DNA of 64,000 bases, taken from positions 434,001 to 498,000 of the forward strand of contig CT868263.1 of NCBI GenBank assembly GCA_000165425.1, in the 5' to 3' direction. Positions 52,470 to 64,000 of the stretch are shown piece after piece. Numbering within the stretch: the first letter of the stretch is position 1; every line of letters starts with the position of its first letter. Source of the stretch: Paramecium tetraurelia. Its lineage: Eukaryota. The position numbers and the translations under genes are program-made. Under the pieces are notes generated by a model. The model was not told the origin of the DNA. It worked only from the letters and a program-made list of their open reading frames with translations, and searched no databases.

Positions 52470-54782
52470 TCACAATTATGATTGACTTTTCGACTTGATC
52501 TAACTTTTAATAACTTATTCTTCTTTATTATATTTGTTCACTGGATTTTAGAGGGAATATGTTGTTGAAAAATTCACTTTCGCCTCATTATATGATGTAG
52601 TTTCATCCTACTCTTCTTATTTAAAACAACTTTCAACAAAATATTACATTGGTAAAACAGAACTTAAAAATGAAATGAGAATTGAGGCAATAGCCCAATA
52701 ACTCGTACTTCCAGTTATTTAATAGTTAAAAATTAAGTATCCTGCTGCATAAATAATTGGTAGATATTCCATCATTTCTGTCATCAAAATTGATAATTGA
52801 ACCGAAGGAGTATGCTTAACAGTCATTCTATTACAAATAACATACTAAAATTATTAATTAATAAAGTACTTTTTCTGCTCCATAATATAATGCCAAACCC
52901 ACAAAACTAGTGATATACCCAGCAGGAGTCAATGGAGTATAGAAAAATGTAATAAATAGAGTTTTCATTATATCAGCATATTTCAACTCTATCATATGCT
53001 CACTATGTTCATATAAACTATTTAATTCTTTTTGAGTTACGGCTTTGTTGAACTTCTTAATCCACCATAATTTCAATGATTTTACTATTCTGTTTGGATC
53101 AACAAGAGTAACTATAGGTGGGATTATTGCATTTGTCATGAAAAAATATGTTTCTGTGTAAATGAGACCACCTGGCCCAAATAAATTACGAGTGTATATT
53201 GTGCTTGCTAAAAATGCAATAATAGCTGAATTAACAAACAACATCAATGATAATTTGGAAGCTAATGATACCGTATAAAGTGAATAGGTTTCATAACTTT
53301 CGAAACCCACTAGAAAATTAGAAAGGCGTCCAACAACAAAAGAATTTATAAAAGTAGTTAATAAGGCTGCTATCATTGAGCTCATATTCTTAGATTTTTA
53401 TTGTGAAGGTAAAGAAACCTACACAACACCCTAATCAGTTTCTACATCAACTAAGGTGGCTGGAACATTTGAGGCATCCTTTGCTTAAATTTTAGCCAAT
53501 TCTAGCAATGTAATTAAGAACAAAGCTATTACAATTTAAGAAAAAGTGAAACCAAGCAATCTAACCCAAAACCTTCTATTATCATTGTGAACAATATTGT
53601 CCCAAATAACATCTCCAGGTTCAGGAGCTTGATCAACTTTTATAAAGGTATCATTAAGCTCTAGGCTCTTTGCTTCTTAAATGATACATCCAAAAAATAT
53701 ATTAGAGATGACTTATTTCGTTCTATAATTTGAAGATTTTAAAATTATTTATTTGTGATCCTCATATTTCAAAGATAAAAAAGCTGTTCCAGAAAATAAA
53801 TCGAAGTCAGATTAGATTCTTAATGCTTCAGCGGTGATCTAATTTTGCTTTTGCTTTTTCTATTCATTTAAATTTAATAATTGATCATTATCATTCTTTT
53901 CTAGAGCAATTTTCTGTAATTTGACTATTTCTTCCAATTCTAATTCCATATCCTTTAGAGTATTAGCATAGAAGATATAATCTATTTCCATAACTTCTAC
54001 CTCAAATTTCTTTTCAAAAAATTCTTTTAATTATTATTGTTTGCAGTCCTTTGGAATGTCTTTAACAATCAAAGTGTAATCAGAAGGTGTATTTTCTTTA
54101 ATATCACAGTCATTGTCTATAATTAATTAAGATTTTCTAAAGAAGAATATTATGACTAAAATGAAGATGACACTGGAAAAATTAAAATAATGTGGCAACT
54201 AAGTTAAAATTGTTTAAAATCTTTTATTCGCTAATGATGATCGTGCAATCCAATCATTTAAACAATAATTATGTACTTATTCTTTCCATGAATCTTGTTT
54301 TTGCACTTCTTTATATTGATGTTGCACTTAAACAACTAAATCTTCACAATCGTTGCTAGTTAAGTTTGAAACAAGTTAGTATTGTCCAGATGTTAAGAAC
54401 AGTACTCCCACTATCATAAGACAACATTTTATGAAATTAAAATAGAGTGGATAGCCTGAACCTAGGAAAGAAAAGGCCATCTCATCCCTCTGTAAGTCAA
54501 TTTGTGTTTTGTGCTAAATTAATAGTGGTATAATATTACGATTTGTTGTTTGCAACAAGGGCAAATATTTACTGTTTCACCCTCCTTATAGGGGTTAGGA
54601 ATACCTACTTTACAGGCGAGCTAGAAATTTATTGTGAAATTACTTAATGTTGCTAAGCGATTGTGTAGTTTGGAGGAATCATATGTTCATCATATTAATC
54701 AGATGTATAAAACTCTAACTATCCATTTTTCAAAGTTGCTGTCATTAAGAGTTGTTGTGTCTGCTGGTCGCATCACTTGCAT
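52470..54782 (-). CDS. OSCA/TMEM63 (CSC1-like) Ca2+-permeable channel; 5' end uncertain (alternative ATG at 54726)
   Basis: FSFLGSGYPLYFNFIK, TPSDYTLIVKDIP, FSGTAFLS, DQAPEPGDVIWDNI and multiple TM segments (including the 175-aa ORF-track fragment). Confidence 0.85.
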
Positions 54783-55147
54783 TAAGAATATTTGAAATTT
54801 TAGAAATTATTGATTGATATATATTTAAATTGATTTTTCAATTTATTTCATAGTTTATATATACTTTATCGAATAAAAATGATTTGCTTTCAAATAAAAA
54901 AAAAGTGTTTTGTTATGAATTCATTTAAATAGTTTTTGAATTCAAAACACACTAATAAAATAAATGAATTTTATATCTCAAATTAATTCTGATTGCTTCT
55001 TATTAAACCGAAAGTGATTTGATTTTGATCTTTTTTTTTGTCTAATTCTTTTGATTATTTTAAGTTTGGAAATATTTTAGTATTCGTTGAAATAAAAGAA
55101 TAGCAATATCTACTTATTTATAATTTAATATTCATTATATATTCATA

Positions 55148-56599
55148 ATGAACTTTTATTAGAAGAAGCTTTTGTGGTCATTTAGCAAATAATGACCTTT
55201 TTTGGATTAAACCTCCTTAAAATAAATTAGACATATAGCTCGAAGGGTTTTTCATTATTTTAAGATAGAATAATCTGAAAATGAAGAAATTAAAAATTGC
55301 TGATCATGTGATATTTTATTCTAAATCAGTAAACATATTTCTAATACAAGAAATCCATAAATTGCTCGAATTGCTAACTAGAAAGAGTTAAAAATTCTTT
55401 AGTTATTTAATCAGGTTTAAAAATTAGCAAATAGGGAAAATACCTTGAAATATTTGGAGAAATAGATTAATTATATGATCATTTAAAGAAATATTGTGTG
55501 TAAATCAATTTTTTACAGATTTACAAATTGTGTTCTGTCAATGTTGAAAAAGAAAAAAAGAAGGTTTAATATATTAAAATTTTAGATTTATAAGATCCGC
55601 CAACGAGTAACCAATGACGAAAAAATAGCAAAGGTTTACGAACTAGATGGAGGAGATATTTAATAGATAAATAAAGAAATATAGATTTTACGATTATTGA
55701 AGCATAAAAATATTGTACAAATGGAAGAAGTATACTAAGAAGATAATCGGCTTATTTTAGTTTTTGATAATCTTGAAGGAGGTGACTTAGCTAAAATAAT
55801 GCTCCTTAAACAATTTTGTGAGGACACTATTAGAATAATAATTAAACAAATTTTACAAGGCATAGTCTACTTACATGATTTGGGCATATTTCACAGAGAT
55901 CTAAAACCAGAAAACATTTTGTTTAAAAATTAAGAGCAAATCGAATAATTATAAATAATTGATTTTGCTCTTGCTGACTTTTATTGTGGTGAAAACAAGT
56001 ATATTTTTACCCGATGTGGAACTCCAGGGTATGTAGCCCCAGAAATTCTTTAAGATAAAAGATACACTTTGAATGTAGATGTTTTTAGCGTTGGAGTTAT
56101 CTTATTTATGCTGCTAACTCAGAAGAATCCATTTATTAAGGAATAATTTAACTATGAATAAATAATTACTGCCAATTATGATTGTTAAATTGATTATTCT
56201 GAGGTCAAATGTTCGACGGAGTGCCTTGATCTATTAAAGAAATGTCTTAAAGTAGATTAACATAAAAGAATTTCTGCAAGGGATGCATTAAGTCACCCTT
56301 TTATCTTAGGAACTTTCTCAACAGAGTAGATATAGTTTAGGATTAAAACTTAAAGTTAACTCTAAAAACAAAAATCGAATGGATCTCTTCGAAAAATTAT
56401 TCATATTGGAAGTCTAGATAGTCCAAGGTTTTCTTAAAAATAGAGTATTAAATCACTTCACACTGAAAGCCCTATCGACACTACATCAGATAGTCCAGGA
56501 ACGCCAAAATCGGCAAGAACTGAAAATAGATTTTCTAATTTTAAATTCTCAAAATAACAATAATGGAATTCATTTCGTGTGTCAAAATTTAAAAAATGA
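55148..56599 (+). CDS. Atypical CAMK-like kinase (no Gly loop, DFA); start uncertain (55148 with an indel, or 55281)
   Basis: [38 protein letters not shown]; paralogous to 24235-25681. Confidence 0.85.
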
Positions 56600-57161
56600 T
56601 ACAAATAATCAAATTACATTGTATTTAAATTTATAATAAAATCAATTTATATCTTAATTGACTTCTCCTTGATTCGTTCAACTTTATATCTTTCAATAAA
56701 AAGGCTTATAAATAAACTTCCTGAATTTTCCTCCCATCAGAAATTGAAATATTGTATGAGTTAGGTTCAGAAATGAATTTAAACTAATAGTTATTTTTTG
56801 AATATCATTTGAAAGTCCGAATATCCATAGCTAAAGAGAGTAATTTAGGATATTAAATGTATTAAAATTTGCAACTAACTATTTTGTCAATACAATTTTA
56901 ATTTGCAAATTTCGTACTAATTTTTACTATCTGAATGCAGTATTGTATTCACAAATGCTAAGAGCACGTCTCTAGATGCTATCATTTGTAAATATTAATT
57001 ACATTAATAGTAATTACATTTTCTGAATAAGGAGAGGATCAACAAACAAGAATAAAAAAGTTGTCCTAAAGGGATCTTGAAAACAATTACTTGAAATCAA
57101 TTTTAATTTTAAATCAGCAAATACATATTACTAATAATGCATAATGTTTAAATTAAATTAA

Positions 57162-58583
57162 TCAATTTTATTTTATTAATAATTCTAAAGGTTCTATGTG
57201 AACCACTTTATTTTACGTCTATTCAAATGAATCAAAAGGATAGACCATCATTTAATTAGATTCTTTCATATTTATAGTTTCAAACAGATTCTCAGAAATC
57301 AACCCTCCAAAAGTATGACAAAATTAAAATGCTTAATTCCCTAATTGCTATTGAAAAACAAATTATAATCTAGATATCTCATATAATATATTGTTTAACC
57401 TACATTTTTATTTAGCCCCTTTTTATAACATTTTATAAGCTGAACTTACACTTTATTTTGGAGATTTAGTTTTTTCTTTATGATTGAACTTTATTTGATT
57501 AAATCGATCTAATTGTAATTCTTTAAATTCTGGATAATACATCGTTATGATATCATGAGTTTATTAATTTTCAAATAATTATTTATTATAGTACACAGCA
57601 AAATATTATAAGATAAAAATCAATTAAACTATCGATCCTATTTAAGCTAATATTTAACCTAATTTAGGCATAATTACATTTTCAACTATAGAAATATTGT
57701 CAATTCTAAATAAATAAGAATTTATTGCACTTACTTTATACTATCCTTTAGACATAAAATAAATTTAGGATGTCATAAAATCAATATCTACTGATTAATT
57801 TGTAATTTCATAATTATTCAAGAAAAAATAATGTCTGAGCTTATCGAAAAGAATTCCATCATCAATTATAGTTTCCTATTATTTTAACATAACCTAAGAA
57901 TAAATTGTTCTTCTTGGATCAAAAGCAGAATAGAATTATTTTTCAAACGATTCTAGTTCTCTTGTAACATAATTTAATTGATGTAGCTTAATTGTGATAA
58001 ACAGAAATCCATGATCATTTTATATGTATTGTTATATTTCATTAGCATCTGCACAAGTTATCCCTTTTATATTTAATTCATCTGAACACATCACAAAAGT
58101 TAGCAAATATTGTTTCATTTCTTTATGTATTTCATCCTTTCCATATACATTATTCAAAATTAGTGATCCTTCCTCAACTTAAAACTATCTGGGGTGGTCT
58201 TCTGTGCTATACAATAACATAGGTTAATCTTCGATCCTGCTATCAAGAATGGTAAATAATAAGGGAGTAATAAAGTTCTTTTCTTTTCTAAAAGGATCAA
58301 TATCTGAGGAAAAGTCATATAAACTAAATGTGATTAATGGTTCAGACCATGCAAATTCTGAATATCCAGTTGTTTGTTACTTTGCACTTACATTTGGAGG
58401 GACCTAATTATTTATCCATAAGATCATGATATAGAAAAAATAAGCCAAACTTGTGCTTCCTACTATTAGTGAAATAAATCCTCCTAATTTGCTTTTGAAC
58501 TTTGGTTCATTTTCGTTTGTTAATAAAGCTACAGGTACACCGAAGATATCTAATTTTTCTATTGAATCAATAATTTTATTCAT
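57162..58583 (-). CDS. Two-TM protein with a large loop (same family as 43231-44796)
   Basis: LDIFGVPV...FKSKLGGFISLIVGSTSLAYFFY (TM1) and MPKLGQILAQIGSIV (TM2); intronless, 1422 nt. Confidence 0.8.
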
Positions 58584-58720
58584 TTTATAATTTTAATTGA
58601 TATTAAACCTTTAAATTTGTTTAATTAATCAATCTTAAAATCAGGAAAAACGAAAAGATATTAGAAGCTCAAAAATAAATAAAATAATAAACATTCAATT
58701 AAAATCAAGTTTGTTACTTT

Positions 58721-59933
58721 TCAGATAATAGGAAGTACTTTTCTTAAGCTTTTGGGCAACTTACTCAACGATTTAATCTTCAAACTCTAAAAACTTCATA
58801 ATTTTTATTGCTTAGTAAATTGGGGTTAGATTATAAAATATTGTAATGCCTGAGAAATCATCGAAATCATTAAAATCATTGATTTCATTTTATATCAATA
58901 AATCTTGTTCCTATTTGGAAAATGTTTGAGGGATTTTTTGTAAACAATTTATTCTATCAAATATATTCATCTAGGTTTCAATAATGATTTATTCATTGCA
59001 TTAAATATCTAGCATATAATCCTGATAGATCTTTCTAGAAACCAGCCCAAAAGTATTTATATCAAATAAACATAATTATTCAAGTTCCTCTTCGTTTTAA
59101 GAAGATATTTTACAACAAATGTATAAATCATTTACAAATAAGATTTGTTCAATACTTATAATATAATTAAAATAATTGATTTCAAAAATTCTTATTGATT
59201 CATTTTACTCATTAATAAACTCTATGAAGGAATTTAAATCAGTTTTAGGAGTAAAAGCCAATAATATTTATTTATTTGATTAAGCACATCCATTTAAAGA
59301 ATTCCTATCATTTAGAAATTTCGATTATAAGTTTTATTGAACTCCTTATGAATTTATTTCACAGAGTGTTTATTCCAAATCATTTTCTAAATATAATGCG
59401 ATAAAATAGTTATGCTAATTTAATTAATAAATGGATTTCAAGAGTTAATTTTGTTTTTTATCTATGAGATTAAATTAAGACTAAATTTCCAAATTGCTAT
59501 TTAAAAAGTAACAAATAATAGAACCGAATTCATATTGAATTAATAACATAGTTAATTTGGTTATTCTAAAATAAAAGGTTGTATAGCTTTGATAAGTTTG
59601 AGGAAGCTTGAATTTTGTTTATACTTTATTCATTTTGAGGAAGTCAAATGACTCAATCATAAAAGCATCACTTTGATCATAATGAGCCAAGGCTAAGCTG
59701 GATTCTCCACATAAAAAAGCAAAAAAAGGAATGTAGTCAATCTTTCTAATCTATAATAGTAAATATTACATCAATTTTCGGGTATCTTTTAGTTCAAGTT
59801 CTATTACATCATAATAATAGTCTTTATTAAAATTTATAAGCATTACAACCAGACCACAATTTAAATAATACGTTTAATGAAGTTCGCTCTGCTTTCTTAA
59901 TTGAACATTCTCTAATTAATTAAATTCAAACAT
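58721..59933 (-). CDS. Hypothetical protein
   Basis: Long code-6 reading frame from the ATG at 59933 to ...LPKSLRKVLPII*. The length implies one micro-intron, whose position was not fixed. Confidence 0.55.
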
Positions 59934-59960
59934 TATTATTAATAATATAAAAGAAAATAA

Positions 59961-60880
59961 ATGTCAGACGATCCCAGATTCAAAATTGTTGAAGGAATAG
60001 ATGGAGATTATGTGATCATAGGGTTTCCTCATCATATAGGAGCCAAAAGAGACAATGTTCGAATTGGATAGGACCATGGACCTGATTCTTTAAGAAGATT
60101 CTTGCCTAGAATTGGTCCATTAAGGAATGCTGAATATATGAAAGATATTAGTAATTTTATAGTTTCGGATTATGGAAATATACATGTTGACGATGATTAA
60201 AATTTAGAAAAACTTTTGGAAAAATTGAATCAGAAAGTGAAAATTGTACACAATAAGAATCACATTCCAATTGTAATAGGAGGATCCAAGGATTGTGTTT
60301 TTGGTGTTCTTAGTGATGATTTGCATGTGATTTCAATTAATCATATTCCTGATATTCAAGTACCATATGATGGCAATAAACCAAGTATTAACTCAGGATT
60401 AAGAGCATCGACAAGTAAAATATCAATTACCTATTTTGGGTATGATAATAGCAAATTAAATTAAGAATAAGAAAATTATATAAATGAAAAATGTAATGGA
60501 ATTAGCTTATAGAAGATTAGGTAAGCATAGAAGGCATTTCATCAAGATCTGGAATAATAAGTTACACAGGCTGGAATTTTATTTAAATAAATACTTACAA
60601 ATCTTTAAGGGAAAAGAATTCATATTTCTATTTCTTTAGAAGCCATAGATGTATATCTTAATAATTATTATAGTCGGCTTTTTGTCCTGGAGTAAGCAGG
60701 CCTTGTGTGTAAGGCTTATAAGTAGAAGAAATATTTGAAATAGTTTATTTGGCAGGTAAATTTTGTGTTGGTTTGGATATTACTGATTATAATCCAACAA
60801 TTGAGGATTATCGTACAGGGTTTTTATTAGGAAATCTAATTTATTATTTTATTTTATCAAAAGGAAAGGATATTAAGTGA
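59961..60880 (+). CDS. Arginase/formiminoglutamase-fold (ureohydrolase) protein with degenerate metal ligands
   Basis: MSDDPR, VIIGFP, G..HGPDSLRR, SDYGNI, PIVIGG, HISISLEAIDSAFCPGVS, LDITDYNP; one intron at about 60651-60673. Confidence 0.85.
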
Positions 60881-60949
60881 TATTAATTTTTTGGTATAAA
60901 TTTCCCATAAATTATTCCAAATTAATTTATATATTAAAGAATTAAAATA

Positions 60950-62694
60950 ATGATTTAAAAGCATCCTCAAGTAATAACAGTTCTTTTAATTTCTGAAAAC
61001 GAAGAAAAAGTCTAGAATTTCATGAAACGAATAAATTCAAATAAGCTAGAAAATCAAGAGAGAACTATTAATCTTTATTATTAACCAATTGATTTAAATA
61101 ATGATCATAAATGCTTACAATAATTATCAATGTTTGAATATGCAATTCTCTTTTTGAAGGATTTAGAATTTCATTAATTCACTATGGACAACTATAATTT
61201 TAGAATGCTCAAATTACTGCAGTTTTATAAGTACATAATAAAAATTTAACTTTAGATATAAATAAATCTTTATTATTTATGATGAAAATGATAGTAATTC
61301 AAGTATTGCATAATTATAGAATCTATACTCTTGGATTGATCAAGAAGTTAATTCGATCTTCTATGACGAAAGATTTAACGATTAGCAAGAAGAAAACTAG
61401 CTAGGGTTTTCAATCCCTAAAATTAAAATCTTAAGTGAACCAACTCAGAATGATTTCATGGAATTTTTCAACGATGAAGCAGATATTAAAGATTCTGATT
61501 TAATCTTAGCAATCATTAATGAAACAGAGGTGAACAAAGGCATAGCATAAGTGATAGATGGATTCATTTTGAATGGATAAACTGTGCTTTATCAAGAATA
61601 AGTTGCATTATAAAAAGTATAAATTAAAAACTTTGTTGATTACTTTTCAAAATAAGAAAAGAATTTTGCATAAAAAGGAGATATTATTGAATTTTAATTT
61701 GATTTAAAAAAGAAAATAAATGGGCTTCTAATAGGATTAAGGTAAGATAAATATCTACTCCAACCTAAAGAAATCAAAGGTGATTTTATATGTCCATAGA
61801 TAGTGGGATAGGGTGGAATATAGAAAATCTAGAAATCAGATTCAAAGGCATTTTTTTATGGAATTGAATGTATATATTTTAATTACAATTAAAGGTTAGA
61901 TTGAGAAGAAAAAAATATTTGGATAATTAGAGAATGGTACTTATAAAGATTTCAAGAATATAACATCAAAACCATTTGGAATGTCATTTAGGATTAGTAA
62001 ACAACTTTACTTGACTCCAAACATACTTTAAAAGAATATAATTTTATCTATTCCCAAAAACAAGAATTTAACATAACAATAAATTTTTTGTGGAAAAATA
62101 AAGACTTAAGATATATTTTAAGTCACAAAAGTGCAGGTTCAAAAGAAAAAAGTAGTTTTAATTCCTGAATTGACAAGTATTCCATCAGAAAATATGATCA
62201 ACAATGGGGTGGACTATAGATAAAGATGTAGAGTGTGCAGAACTGAAAGGGCTAGATATGTTCCTACTAATTGTGGGCATCTAAGATATTGCAACGATTG
62301 TAAAGATATATGTATGGAAGCAAAACAGTGCTTATATTGCGATAAACCTAGCAATAACACTCAAAGTTTCAATATTCATCTTACAAAATAACAACTTTAA
62401 AATCTCAAATCAATGACTGAATAACAAATTATTGAATATTTTGCAAACCATCCTGATAAAGAAATGCTGCCTTTTATGAAAGTTTATAATGAAATTAACG
62501 ATGAATAGAACATTTATTTCGAAGTAAACTGCGACAACTGCGATTCAAGAATTACTCAATACTCTATTTGTATTAATAATCATTAAACACTACTTTGTGA
62601 TGAATGTTAAATAAAGGAATGTTAGGCATGCAAGGATCAATTACAAAATAAATAAAAAATTATCTTTACATTTCCAGATGATCCAACTGCATGA
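60950..62694 (+). CDS. Degenerate EF1A/eRF3/Hbs1-like fold fused to two C-terminal RING-like zinc fingers
   Basis: RING CRVC...NCGHLRYCNDC...CLYC and a second CDNC...C..NH...CDEC...CQAC. Upstream lie the beta-barrel-like motifs GIAQVIDGFILNGQTV and FAQKGDIIEF. Two micro-introns. Confidence 0.7.
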
Positions 62695-62884
62695 ATTTAT
62701 AATCAAAAGTTTTATTAAACAATATTCTGAAAAATAAAAAAGAATTAATCCTCTTAATTATTATTATATTATTATATATATTTGATACATTCAGATATTA
62801 TAGGATAGAAAAAGAATTTATTTTTTTTTACATGATCATAAATATTCTTTTATGATCTTGAAGTATTTAATAATAATAATTTAA

Positions 62885-64000
62885 ATGAATATAGTTCTTA
62901 TAGCATTTTCAGAAGAATAACAAATATAAACAGCAGATAAATACCAATTTGCTTCCACATGCTATATAACATCTGATATTTACCAGCAATAAAAAGAATT
63001 ATGGAAATTTGATAAAGCTGTTGTTGTTCTTGATTAATTTCCTATAAATTTATCTAAATTAAATAAAGATGAACACCTAACAAACAGTTTAGATCCTAAT
63101 TTTTCACTATTTAAAACTCTCAAATTATTAGGGTAAAATTATTCTCTTATATTTTTAGTTATCAATAAGTTTTAGTTTCTTTGGAATAAATAAAATTATA
63201 AAAATACAAGCAGGCAATTTCATAATTAGAATAAACTATTATATCTATATTCAACGATTAAGAAAGAATAATTGAAGAAGAAAGAAATGTCTTTTCGCTT
63301 AAAAATCCAACCGTGAAAGTTGTGTAAAATTGTGAATAGAATGAAATTTAAAAATTCTTTCTTAATGAAATAAATTTAACTACAAATTAAATTGATTAAA
63401 CAGAATGTATTGTAGTGAGACATGAAGAAGCATTTCATATTGTTAAGGTTCTTTAAGGAGCATTATATGTAGGATAGTTTTTAAAATCGACCACATGTTA
63501 AGCCTGGATATAATAAGTAAAGATTAGTCCAGGAGGTGAAGGTAAAAAATAAAATAAACATAGTGTTTGTTAAATTTGAAGAGAATAAAATATTATAAGG
63601 AATATTATGTAGCTATCAACATTGTCCTGAATAAATTAATGCATTCGATGTTGAAATATAATTAAGTGAATTACCAATATTGCTTCCAAAAGATGTGTTT
63701 AGAAAAATGGGTTAACTTAAGATGATATTTTACAATCAGGAATATTTGATATAGAACAGCCATAATAGTCCAATTTAATTTTAGGGCATTAAAGATAAAA
63801 TAAATGGAAAAATAACTGAAAATCCAACAAAAGTTAATTTTGGTATATGCAAGTTAACACTAAAAATTATCCCAGAAGGGGAGAAAATACTGTTGAATAT
63901 TAATTCAAAGCCCATTGTTTAGTATTTTTTAAATATTAAATTAGTTTTCTTAATAATTATAATACAGTTGTTTTTTATGGACAAATTACAAATATATTAG
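62885..64000 (+). CDS. Probable paralogue of the preceding gene's N-terminal part (degenerate translation-factor-like fold); runs off the window end
   Basis: MNIVLIAF, FDKAVVVLD, LKLLGYQQVLVSL, VKVLQGALYVGQ, ...NTVVFYGQITNI; three micro-introns; no stop before 64000. Confidence 0.6.

Noticed and set aside
56693..57142. TGA-free frame of about 150 codons on the minus strand between two convergent genes
   Set aside because: With only one stop codon such frames arise easily; the composition is not protein-like and no motif was found.

Overview
This is AT-rich, gene-dense eukaryotic DNA from a ciliate, most likely the macronuclear genome of a Paramecium species. Genes read through TAA/TAG as Gln (translation table 6), end only at TGA, and are interrupted by 21-32 nt GT..AG micro-introns, so the supplied standard-code ORF track shows only fragments or antisense shadows. 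Re-reading by hand gives about 35 protein genes and one tRNA-Gln(UUA), the tRNA that implements the code. Recognisable products: SF-assemblin, a TM RING-H2 E3, an IQ-DH-PH-PX-FERM RhoGEF, an IP3R/RyR-type Ca2+ release channel, UBE2S, four kinases or pseudokinases, the Rieske protein, proteasome RPT1, a cNMP-domain K+ channel, coiled-coil cortical proteins, a TLDc protein, an hnRNP L/PTB-like RRM protein, an OSCA/TMEM63 channel, three two-TM family members and a degenerate ureohydrolase. The most interesting candidate is a tandem pair of P-loop-less EF1A/eRF3/Hbs1-fold genes at the right end, one fused to two RING fingers. No CRISPR array, transposon, rRNA or telomere was seen. All translations and domain calls were made by eye; no searches were run.
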